Shown: one piece after another, positions 50,029-61,224 of the stretch
How the letters are laid out: each line of letters begins with the position of its first letter
Numbering within the stretch: position 1 is the first letter of the stretch
Origin: Octopus bimaculoides
Lineage: Eukaryota
Reading direction: 5' to 3'
DNA length: 63,531 nucleotides
Assembly: GCF_001194135.2 (NCBI RefSeq)
Contig: NC_068984.1
Location: forward strand, 79,611,234-79,674,764
Made by a program: the position numbers and the translations under genes
The notes under the pieces: generated by a model
What the model saw: the letters and a program-made list of their open reading frames with translations, nothing else
Database searches by the model: none
What the model was told of the DNA's origin: nothing

Positions 50029-50254
50029 GTAAAGGTTATTTGACAACCTAATGTGGCAGTCCCTGTTGGGACGAATGCTACTGTTCTTTAGACCCAGGAG
50101 ACATCTTCTCCAGCTGGTTATATAACACACAATCTGTATCCAAATGCTACTGTTGTGTCATATAGTCAGCTGGAAATGATGCCTCCTGGGGTTAAACAAC
50201 AGTAGTATTCATCCCAACAGGGATTGCCACATTAGGTTGGCAAATAACCTTTAC
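50029..50254. mobile_element. Palindromic MITE with ~85-bp TIRs, probable TA TSD
   Basis: TA-aaggttatttgacaacctaatgtggcagtccctgttgggacgaatgctactgtt...cagctg mirrors cagctg...aacagtagtattcatcccaacagggattgccacattaggttggcaaataacctt-TA. Confidence 0.85.
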
Positions 50255-50419
50255 TTTAAAGTACTGCTACTGAATATCTCTTGTAAAGAGATTTAGGAAC
50301 AATAATGTTTCTATTTAAATATCTTATGGTTTTCCATAATATTCCAGTCACCTTACAGTTTTCAACACAACCATGGTATTTCCAAAAGTACTGCTACATT
50401 CAATGCCCCTGTGGCAGGG

Positions 50420-50632
50420 TAGTGAGATGTCAAAATTATTACCATGTAGGACAAAATGCTTTGTAGCATTTCTTCTGACTTAACGATCTGAGTTTAAATT
50501 TCACCAAAGTCAACTTTGTCTTTCGTCCTTTTGGGATCAATAAAATAAGTTTCAGTTGAACACCAAGGACAATGTAATTGACTAGTATCTCCCCATGACT
50601 TTTCAGGTCTTATGCCTATAATAGAAAAGATT
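50420..50632 (+). mobile_element. Diverged SINE family B
   Basis: gagtttaaatttc...gtctttcgtccttttgggatcaataaaataag...tgcctataatagaaaagattatt. Confidence 0.7.
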
Positions 50633-50639
50633 ATTGAGT

Positions 50640-50996
50640 TGACTCAGGTTTGGTCTTCTTCCTGGTGGGATTTATGTGGGTAGTGGGTTACTACCTGCAA
50701 CCTTTAGTATCCACAAGTTTTCAATAGTCTTTCAAGTGCTTAGAACCCCACCGAATAATCTTTCCTCTCTCTAAGAGGCAAACTTTCTGTAGAAGCTCTG
50801 TGGGACATTCTATTTGAATATCCTTCAACCATTTGTTTACATCTTGACTTACAATTCCTAAGGCACCAATAATTATAGGCACAACCTTTACAGTTTCCAT
50901 ACTCCTAATTCTTGCAATTTCAAGTTTTAAAGTATTGTATTTTTTTTGGTTTTGTTTTTTGTCCTCTTTCTTTGTGATCCTGGAATCAAATGGACG
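50640..50996 (-). mobile_element. R4/Dong-like RLE C-terminal fragment
   Basis: Minus: PFDSRITKKED...KYNTLKLEIARIRSMETVKVVPIIIGALGIVSQDVNKWLKDIQIECPTELLQKVCLL. Confidence 0.75.
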
Positions 50997-51045
50997 AAAG
51001 GCTCCTCCTCCTCCTCCTCCTCCCCTCCCCTCTTCCTTCTTATTA

Positions 51046-51250
51046 TAAGGTAGTGGATGTGTAGAATTGTTTCTGTATCAGAAAAAATGCTTAATGGCAT
51101 TTCTTCCAGCTCTATGTTCTGAGTTCAAATACAGCTGAAGTCAGATCTGCTGTTCATCGTTTCAAGTTAGATAAAACTAAGTATCAGTTGATGTAAATGA
51201 CTTGTCCACTCTTCCTAAAATTGCTGGCCTTGTGCCAAAAGTTGAAACAA
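51046..51250 (+). mobile_element. Diverged SINE family B
   Basis: gttctgagttcaaatac...gataaaactaagtatcagttg...gctggccttgtgccaaaagttgaaacaattatt. Confidence 0.65.
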
Positions 51251-51255
51251 TTATT

Positions 51256-51468
51256 ACTATCAATATTATTGTTATTATTATTGTTCAGTAGTTTTATTTT
51301 TATAACGAGCTTTCACTTCACTACCGAGCGCAGCTCTGTGCGCCTTGGGTATGTGCTGTGGTTTGCTGTGGTGCTCTTATGTTTACTGTATTGAAAGTGT
51401 TTTGCGTAGAATGTGTGCAGTACCTAGTAGTGCAATTTTCTGTATGTTATATATATTTGTAAGTCCTG

Positions 51469-51470
<2 letters not shown>
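51256..51470 (-). mobile_element. R4/Dong-like 3' terminus with 3' UTR and (AAT)n tail
   Basis: Minus: PGLTNIYNIQKIALLGTAHILRKTLSIQ*, a short UTR, then aataataac; (ATT)n-type tracts on both sides. Confidence 0.8.
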
Positions 51471-51530
<60 letters not shown>

Positions 51531-51534
51531 GAGT

Positions 51535-51925
51535 GAGAGAGCAGTGCATGCCATCAAAGTGACACTGGAGTAAAATATACGAAGCCCAGTATACCCATCA
51601 TGACTACCTGTCTGATAAGGGTACCAGAGGCACATGCATTTCAACTATATGTGCATGACATAGTCATCTCATATCAAGATAAACAGCACATGACCTTACA
51701 GGTGGGGGCCCAGTTAGAATTTTCTTCAGGTCAAGCAGCCCATCCTGCTTAAAAGGTCCTTGAATAAGGGTTGTTTAAGGATGATGAACAAAACACCCAT
51801 GTTTCCAAAGCTGAATTATCCAAACCTCAAAGAATTCCTCTCAACACATGACTATGATACTCTCCAACTACTTCTGCTCATGATCAGAGATGCACATATC
51901 GTCAGCCACTAAGGGACATGCTCAA
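51535..51925 (-). mobile_element. Unclassified SINE-like repeat with (AAT)n tail
   Basis: Minus strand begins ttgagcatgtcccttagtggctgacgatatgtgc and ends ctctctcactcaataataat. Confidence 0.5.
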
Positions 51926-51994
51926 GCAACTGACATGTAAACCTGTGGTATTGAGCAGAATACCTGTTGTAGCCCCTGGTACTGCATCAGGGCA

Positions 51995-52049
<55 letters not shown>

Positions 52050-52079
52050 ATTATTATTATTATTATTAACATTATTATT

Positions 52080-52517
52080 ATATGGAAAGTGTCAGCTGTC
52101 CACAGCCAGTAGACTAAGTGACACTTGATTACTGGTCATGCTTCAAGAACGCTGTGAAGAATTCTTGCAGTTCCAAGCAATGTTGATCTTTTTTAGGTGT
52201 TCTTACCGTCACACTTGCACCAATCTTTTTTCAGCCATGTTGGTAGTTGAGTGCTGATACTTCTAAATGCACCAATTACTATTGGTATCATGTCTTCTCT
52301 CTTCATTGACCACAACCTTCATATTTCCCACTTCAAATCATCATTGTTGTTTATTTTTTCTTCTTCTTTCACATTGATCCTGTTGTCACTGGGGCATGCT
52401 ATGTCGATTATCACACATTTTCTTTCTTTTTTATTCACCACAACAATGTCTGGTTTCCGATGTCTGGTTGGGTGATCGAAGTGGATAATTGCACTCCACA
52501 GGATTTTGCAATTTCAA
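52080..52517 (-). mobile_element. R4/Dong-like RLE endonuclease fragment
   Basis: Minus: HRKPDIVVVNKKERKCVIIDIACPSDNRINVKEEEKI...LKWEI*RLWSMK..IPIVIGAF (PD..D RLE motif). Confidence 0.8.
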
Positions 52518-52556
52518 TTATCATCATCATCATCATCATCATCATCATTATTATTA

Positions 52557-52614
<58 letters not shown>

Positions 52615-52627
52615 CATCATCATCACT

Positions 52628-53810
52628 AAGGTGGTGAGGTACCATGATCGTTAGCACACTGGGTAAAATGCTTTGCAGTATTTCATCAATCCTCGCATTC
52701 TGAGTTCAAATCTACCATGGTCAACTTTGCCTTTTATCCTTTTGTGGGGTCAATAAAATAAGTACCAGTTAAACATGGGTTGATGTAATCAACTCATCCC
52801 CTCCACCAAAATTTCTGTCTCATGGTAAAATTAAAACCACCATTATTATTATTACTTAAGGTGGTTAGCTGGCATAGTAGGCAAAATGCTTAGCAGCATT
52901 TTGTCTGTCTTTAATTCTGCGTTCAAATTCTGCCATGGTTGACTTTGTCTTTCATCTTTTTGAGGTTGATAAAATAAGAAGCAGTTGAAGACTGAGGTTG
53001 ATGTGATTGAATTACTCCTTCCCCAGAAAAAACTTTCAGTCTTGTGCCAGAATTTGAAACCATTATTACTGCTATTATTATTTTTATTGCTTTTTTCCTC
53101 AGGATGGTTGTTATAACCTGGCCACTTATTTTTGCTTTGATTGCAGGTTACAACTTGTCAACTTCCCATTGCCTTTTTGCCATTCATTTTAGTCAATCAA
53201 ATCCCAGCGTAACCATTGTAGTATTTTAATTGTTCTCAATAAGTAAACTCATTACAATAGAACTCACTCACAATCTATTCTGATATTTTCTATCCATTTT
53301 GCAATATTGTCCATCACTGTCTCTAACGCTCTTACAATTAATAGTATGATAGCCTCCTCCTCCTCCTCCTCCTCCTCCTCCTCCAGGCAACAGCCTGACA
53401 GAATTGTTAGCATGCTGCACAAAAAATGCTTTGTAGCATTTCAGCTGTCTTTAGGGTTCTGAGTTCAAATTCCACTTGGGGTTGACAATGCCTTTACATC
53501 CTTTTGGGATCGATAAAATAAGTACCAGTTGAGCACTGAGGTCAATGTAATCGACTAGTCCCCTCCCACAAAACTTCAGGCCTTGTGCCTATAGTAGAAC
53601 AGATTATTATTATTATTGAGCTGGCAGAATCGTTAGCTTACCAGCATTTCGTCCGTCTTTGCGTTCTGTGTTCAAATTCCACCGAGGTCGACTTTGCCTT
53701 TCATCCTTTCGGGGTGGATAAATTAAGTACCAGTTTGCCTACTGGGGTCGATCTAATCGACTGGGCTCCTCCCCCGAAATTTCGGGCCTTGTGCCTAGAG
53801 TAGAAAAGAT
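52628..53810 (+). mobile_element. Four SINE family B copies (52628-52840, 52858-53065, 53385-53605, 53617-53810)
   Basis: Each has a gagttcaaatt-like B-box, the gcctttcatcctt..gggg..gataaa..aagtaccagtt domain and an (ATT)n tail. Confidence 0.85.
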
Positions 53811-54153
53811 TATTATTATTATTATTATTATTAATATTATTATTATTATTATTATTAATAATAATATTAATAATAATAATAATGATAATGATAATAATTT
53901 GTACAATCAAATAACAATAGATATTTCAGATAACTCAGTACAAGATGTACAAAATCTTTTCAGACCTGTTCTTTTCTTGAATATTTCTTTCTTCTCATCT
54001 TTTTGGTGCAATATACTTGAGGTTTTTTTTTATACAATAAATAGCAAATAGTATGCAAGCATATATATCTATGTATGCGCTTGCTTCTGAGCATGTGTGT
54101 ATGTGTGTTTCAGGAAAAGAAAGTGAGGAGAAAGCGATTGGATGGGAGGGAGA

Positions 54154-54237
<84 letters not shown>

Positions 54238-54767
54238 GAGAGAGAAAGTGAGTGAGAGAGGAAAGAACGGAAAATATCTATTGTTATATCACTTTGCTTT
54301 TGGTAAAAAGGAGAAAAAAAAACTAGAAAGATAATGTATACATTTGGTATGGCTATCTCTAATCTAGTTCTTCATGTATATGTCTGTGATTATATCTGTT
54401 CTGATGGTAGATAGTATGTTCAATTTTGTGCGCTTGTGTCAATATATATAACAGAATTTTTATAGAATTATTTCATATTTACGGAAACATATTTAGCTGG
54501 CTTCTAACAATTTAGCAAGTTTGAAAAATAGTAAAAATATCTGTCAAGAATTTTGTAGATTCTTAACCCCTGGCATGTAAATATTTCTGAAATTTTTCAC
54601 TTTTTTTTTGTTTACTTTTTTTGATAGAGTGAACTAGCATTTATCAGAATTTTTATTATTTATTTATTTATTGTTAATCTGTTGTGAATCTCATTGCTAT
54701 TTATATTCTAACTCTTTACTTAAGAACCAGAATACTCTTGGTGGTAATATCATAGAACGTTATAAAA

Positions 54768-55575
54768 GCAGCAAGCTGGCTGAACTGTTAGCGTGCCAGG
54801 CAAAATGTTTAGCAGTATTCCGTCCGCTTGTACGTTCTGAGTTTAAATTCCGCTGAGGTCAACTTTACTTTTATCCTTTCAGGGTCGGTAAAATAAGTAC
54901 CAGTTAAACACTGGGGTTGGTGTAACTGACTTAACCCCTTCCCCCGAAATTGCTGGATTTGTGCTAAAATCTGAAAGCAATATCCTAGAACATTATAAAG
55001 GCAGCGAGCTGGTACAATCATTAACATGTCAAGCAAAATGCTTATCAACATTTTGTCCATCTTTACATTCTGAGTTCAAATTCCACCAAGGCCAGCTTTG
55101 CTTTTCATCCTCTCGGGGTCAATAAAATAAGTAGCAATTGAGCACTGGAGTCGATGTAATCGACTTACCCCCTCCCCCAAACTTGTTGGCCTTATGCCAA
55201 AATTTGAAATGAATATTAAACAACACTATAAAATCACAACGGGCGGATTTGGTTGTATATCAATCAAAATGCTTAGAGCATTTCTTCTAACACATTACAT
55301 TCTGAGTTGAAATCCTGTTGAGATTGACTTCCCTTTTCATCCTTTTGGGGGCCGGTAAAACAAGTATCAGTTGAGCACTAGGGTCGATGTAATTGGCTTA
55401 CTCTTTTCTCCTGAAATTGCTGGTCTTGTCCCAAAATTTGAAACCATTATTATACAACAGTATGAAGACAGCAAGCTGGCAGAATCATTAGCACGCTGGA
55501 CAAAATGCTTTGTGGAATTTTGTCCATCTTTACACTCTGAGTTCAAATTCCACCAAGGTTGACTTTGCCTTTACA
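54768..55575 (+). mobile_element. Four head-to-tail SINE family B copies (~235 bp period; last one truncated)
   Basis: Heads at ~54768, 54998, 55238 and 55468. Confidence 0.85.
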
Positions 55576-56364
55576 ATTTAAAAAAATTCAGAAAAAAATT
55601 AAAACTAAGCATAACTCAGCAGAATTTATTGGAAAACATTGGCAAACAAATGAAGCTTTATTAGAAACATCAGAACACTTCCACATGGAATCCATTGGGA
55701 TTGACTGATCTCAACTTTAATAGATGCAACAAATTGTGGAAGTTGTGAAGATAAACTATGAATACCCAACATATATAACTATGCTGTCTGTTGTTTCCAG
55801 TTGAAATACCATAATATCATTCAAGAAGTAATGAAATTTTGATAGAAATTTCACTTAAAATATGAACACTTTACAATGACTAGTGACAAACTGTTGGTTA
55901 TATATATGTGTGTGTATGTGTGCGTATGTGTGTGCGTATGTGCACACTTTCTATTGAATAAGAAGTCATATAGAAGCATCCTCATTTGTTCACAGGCCAT
56001 TTTGAAGTAGTGATAATGATAATGATGGTGATCCATATATAATAGAAAAGAAGACAGATTCTTGATTTTTTTAAAAACCAACTCTGCTTTCAAAATGGGT
56101 AGACCCGTTGCTAAGTGGCAGTTGGTGATACCAAGTTCAAATGAGAAAGTAAGATAATCCCAAGACACTAGAATTCTCCAGAATTGACATACCATTAAAG
56201 AAAAGTAGAGTCTGGTTATCAGAAAACAAGAAAACATCTGTGCACATATTTTTGCCTTGTTAATTGTCATCAGCACAGCAGTTGTCCTAGCCTTACTCTA
56301 CCTTCAGAAGACGAGACTCTTAGATATATATACAATGGAATAGAATACATTCATAGCATAAGGT

Positions 56365-56915
56365 GAAGGCATGGCTGTGTGGTAAAAAGCTTGCTTCTCA
56401 ACCACAGGGTTCTGGGTTCAGTCCCACTGTGTGGCACCTTGGACAAGTGTCTCCTATAGCCCCAGGCTGACCAAAGTCTTGTGAGTGGATTTGGTAGACG
56501 GAAAGTGAAAGAAGCTTGTCTCATATATATACATATATATATATAGTAGAATATACAAATAATAACAGACGAGGACAGGTGGTGCAAATAACAAAAGTAT
56601 ATATTAGTATGACGCTCGGGAATACGGAAAGTCTTTGACGTTTCGAGCTACGCTCTTCAACAGAAAGAATACATATATATATATATATATATATATATGC
56701 GTGTGTGTGTCTGTGTTTGTCTCCCCTCCCACTACTTGACAATTGGTGCTGGTGTGTTTACATCCTGATAACATAGTGGCTTGGAAAATGATTGATAGAA
56801 TAAGTACCAGACTTTAAAGTAATCGAGTTGATACATTCAATTAAATATTCTTCAAGGCAGGGCCCCAGCATGGCTGCAGTCAAATGACTGAAACATGTAA
56901 AAGATAAAAGATAAG
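56365..56915 (+). mobile_element. SINE family A carrying a Penelope-type terminal fragment in its internal (TA)n (56545-56672)
   Basis: SINE head and tail intact; the foreign segment agaatatacaaataataacagacgagg...cagaaagaatac lies inside the microsatellite. Confidence 0.8.
56632..56668 (-). ncRNA. Minimal type I hammerhead-ribozyme-like motif (dimer-type, PLE-associated)
   Basis: Minus: TCTTT-CTGTTGA-A-GAGC-GTA-GCTC-GAA-ACGT-C-AAAGA. 5-bp stem I, 4-bp stem II, palindromic ACGT stem III, GUC triplet; core differs from CUGANGA at A6>U. Confidence 0.6.
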
Positions 56916-57894
56916 GAATTTGTACAAATGGAATGAACGTGATCTAAAAGAAATAATTTAGAGACCAATGGCATTTATTTGAACAACGAAGACAAATAAA
57001 CTTATATTAAATAACATACTTGATAACATGTCCACTTGTTTTTAGACAATCAGACAGTCCATTCCATAATGACATTTTAATTTTGGAGAAATTCTTGCTT
57101 CTTGGGATTTTCTCCCCTTTTCACTTGAAGCTGGAACCAACTGCTTCTGAGCAATTGGTGTAACCTCTCTGGAACTAGAGATGTTTTCAATAAATCAAGA
57201 ATTCATCTTGCATACTATTTTGTATATTTGTGAGTCTGTGTCTGTATGTACATATATATATGTATATTTATATATGTATATATATGTATGTATGTATAAT
57301 GTGATAATATTAGCAAGTAAACAAGCAGCTAAATAATAATGAAAATGATGTTTACACATACTTGGGTGAATGTGTATGTGTGATTGACTGTTAGTGTGTT
57401 TATGTACACATCCATACACACTCATACAATGTTTAAATATTAATAAAATTTAAAAAAAATTAGAAAAACAACAGAAACCACAAACTAACAAGCAAACAAT
57501 ATTTTCTAAGTAGGATAATAAATATTGACTTTATGTTTTCCTTTTAATCATAATAAATAAATTGAATTTATTCAAAAGCAGGAACTACACTGACGAGTCT
57601 TCAATAAAAGACATGGCTATCATATATGAATAAAAACACCAATATTGCTTTGATCTTAATACAGCAATCTCACCAATAAGATTGAGAGGAATATGTATCA
57701 AAGGGGAATAACTACATAAAGATTTTGATCTGAGGGCCAGAGATTAAAAAGACTCTGATATCGTAAACATTATAGAATTATAATGGCCATGGCGCCACAG
57801 ACACTTCATTAGATTCATAATCTATTTTGAGGCTCCAAAGAGATGTTTATATATTATCTTGTATTTTATTGAAATGGTTTATGTTTTGTGGCTG

Positions 57895-58445
57895 CAGCGT
57901 GTTTTCAGTATTCTGTTGCAATGACTGAGCTATGTTGTGCTGTGAGTTTTCTCTTGTAGAGACTCTGTTGAGTTGTGTTGTCAGTGATTTGTTGTAGTGA
58001 TTGCTTTGTGCTGCGAGTATTCTGTTCTAGAGACTGTGTTGTGCCGTCAGCTTTCTGTTGTAGTGACTGTGTTATGTTGTGTTGTGAATGATGGTGTTGT
58101 GTTTTGTTGTTAGTATTTTGTTGCTGTGACTCTGTTGTGTAATAAGTATTCCGTTGCTGTGACTGTGTTGTGTTGTCACTATTTTGTTGTAGTGATTGTT
58201 GTGTGCTGTGAGCATTCTGTTGTAGTGACTATGTTACATTGTGTTGTGAATATTCTGTTGTTGGGACTGTGTTGTGCTGTCACTATTTTGTTGTGGGGGC
58301 CATGTCCTGATGTGTTGTGAGTATTCTGTTAAAGTGATTGTGTTATGTTGTATTATGAATATTCTGTTTTAACAACACTGTTGTGTTTAGATGTCAGTAT
58401 TTTATAGTTGTGACTCTATTGTGTTGTGAGTAATCATGTTGTAAT
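57895..58445. repeat. Degenerate GT-rich minisatellite, ~33-40 bp unit (GTGAGTATTCTGTTGTAGTGACTGTGTTGTGCT), about 15 copies
   Basis: Recurrent agtattctgttg..gtgactgtgttgtg by inspection. Confidence 0.8.
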
Positions 58446-59059
58446 GCCAGTTAAGTATCTTAATACTTTTTAGTGTGCATGTGCGTATTATTGTTGTTGT
58501 TGATATTGTTTATTCCCAACAGAGATGTCACAGCATCATCAGCTTTCTAACCATCCACCATTCCATCTATTTTATTCAAACATGGCATGTTTGATATGTA
58601 ATTCTATTCCTAAGGTAGCAAGATTCAATTTGAGGAAAATTTGACAGCTTTTTCTTATCGATCAAATGAAGATGTAGAAAAGATGTTTTCATCCATTGGC
58701 ATTGTGTGCCCTGTATGCTCCACACCTGTACCACACAATCAATAGGTGTACCTTTTATGGTTCATGGGTGCACCACAAATTCCTGAGGCAACAAATGAGC
58801 AAATGTGCTGGGATTTAGGAAAACTCAAGTGTTCTACTTTCTGAAGTGTCTTATTTTCTCCACCTTGTACTTAAGGGTGCCCCCTGTCACCTCATTTCCA
58901 CCATTCTTTCTCCCTTTCCTGCTCAAGTAGCCATGTATCTCCTCTACAGCAAGACATTTGTTCCTTCCAACACTTATACTTTAGCCTCACAACACCTAGA
59001 ACAAAGTTATGTCTCTCAATTCTGCACCCCACCCACTCCATCAAGGGGTCTTGTTTTGC

Positions 59060-59280
59060 AAGTTACTTAGGTGACCTCACTAGTGCTGGTGCCATGGATA
59101 AAGTACCAGTGGCTGGTGTCAGGAAGGGCATCCAGTCTTAGAAATCGTTCCAACACTGACATTGGAACCTAACACAGCCCTATAGCTAGTCCAATCCTAT
59201 CAAACTGTTCAACTTATACTAGCATGGAATATGAATGTAAAATAATAATGATGATGATGATGAAGATGATGATGATGATA
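59060..59280 (+). mobile_element. Diverged RTE-type 3' tail repeat
   Basis: ggtgtcaggaagggcatccagtc..agaaa...actagcatggaatatgaatgtaaaataataatgatgatg. Confidence 0.7.
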
Positions 59281-59682
59281 TATCTTGTGAACATGCAATG
59301 TGGATAGACAATATTGAGAGTGCCAACTCTGACCAAAACCTATAAATATATTAGTCATTAAATATAAAATGCAAATGATTTTCCATTCATTATAAAAATG
59401 CCAATTTAGTACATGGAGTTGTGTGCATAATTCAGAAAATGGTTACTATTTTGATGTTGGACATGCACAATATCCGTTGCCTTTGAAGTTCAATATATTT
59501 ACTAAGTCTAACAATATTAATCACATACCATCAGTTCAGCTCCATCACTCAAAAATAACAACAACAACAACAACAACAAAATGCTTTTCAGTGAAAGCAG
59601 GAATTAAACTGCTTCTGTAAATATTATTACTGAATGGAATTGTTAGCATGTGTGTTTTAATTGCATGTGCATTTACATGATA

Positions 59683-59722
<40 letters not shown>

Positions 59723-60269
59723 TGTGTGAGTTTGTGTATATGCATGTATTTGTGTATGTGTGTGTGGTTTTGTGTGCTTTGCCTCAGTTGTTTGAACTAA
59801 TTTTAGGACAAAATATTTTATTTTAATATTAATGTTTTAAACAGTAATATTCAAGATATATATATAATATACATATAATTTATATATATATATACATAGA
59901 TATATATACACACACACAAATATATATTATATATATAATATATATATAATATGTATATTATAAATATATATATTATATATATATAATATATATATGTTAT
60001 ATATATATTATATATATATGTTATATATATATACAATATATATATATAAATGTATGCATGTATGTATGTGTATGTAAGAGAATGTAAATATGACCAGAAA
60101 AATATAGTGTGTGCATGTGTGTATTTGTATAAATATATAAATGCCAATATGGAAATATAAATATGTGTATTTATATATGTTTATTTACATATATTTTATT
60201 ACAAACATACAGCCCATTCAGCATTTTCTATTCCTGTCCGTGTATTTGCCATTATCATCGTCATCATCA

Positions 60270-60870
60270 TCATTGATGTGGCCACCTCCAGCGCCACCTC
60301 CAGCATCAATTTTATTATTTTACATCCGTCTTTCTGTGTCTGCATGGGTTAAATGAGTCTTCTTCAGTACTGCAGTTCACTACTTGTTGCAGTTCTTTGT
60401 TATCCTTCACGAAGCACAGCCTCTTGGGATCAGTTTTTACAAGTTAAAGCCCATTTCTTATTTAGTCTTTCTCTATCTGTATTACAGGTTTCCTCCACTT
60501 GGATGTGACTGGCTCTTCATTACTTAATTCTCATACTCTATATATACCACATATCTGTTCTAGCTCCTTCTCTCCTCCAGGTTACATCTGACTCCTCTTA
60601 GATTTACATTTTTCTCTCAACTTCTTTGCACTCTGTTTTTCATGTGGATATCTATCAGAGAAAACACGGTTCCTCTTTTACTGTCTTTGTACATCCTCCA
60701 TATTCAAAGCTCATATTTTCAACATCACATTTTGTACACAAACATCACACATTTTTACCTTTCATTCAGACAGGAAATTTGTTTGTAGACAATACCAGAA
60801 ATAATTCTCTGAACTTTTCCCACCATTTTCTTTCTCTAGCCACTGATACTATACTATCAGAAAACCATCT
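60270..60870 (-). mobile_element. Highly diverged RTE-like 3' region
   Basis: (CAT)n-like antisense tail at ~60255-60275, tttacatccgtctttc..gcatgggtt terminus, purine-rich ORF-like minus strand. Confidence 0.45.
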
Positions 60871-61224
60871 TCCGATGTTATATCCCCCCCCCCCCNNNNN
60901 NNNNNGGGGAATATGAGGTACTCATCAACTTGCAGACACTGTATTCCATTGATTAATCTGTTTATTTTATAACCAAAATGACAATAAAGACAATATACAG
61001 ACACTTATGACATACCATGTCATATCGACAATTAAGATTTCAAATTTAAAGGACATCTAGCAATTGGGGAAGGGACAAAATCTTACAGCTGTTTCAGCCT
61101 AGTGTTGGCATGCTCCATTCTATCTATATAGCTCCAGTATGTTGGAGTAATTAGTAGATGAAAATGATGTAATGGGGGTACATATATTATATATAAATAT
61201 ATATATATGTATTATATATATAGA

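Noticed and set aside
57590-57620. CTGACGA-GTCT..AGAC hammerhead 5' half
   Set aside because: GAAA and stem I partner are missing; at most a deleted relic
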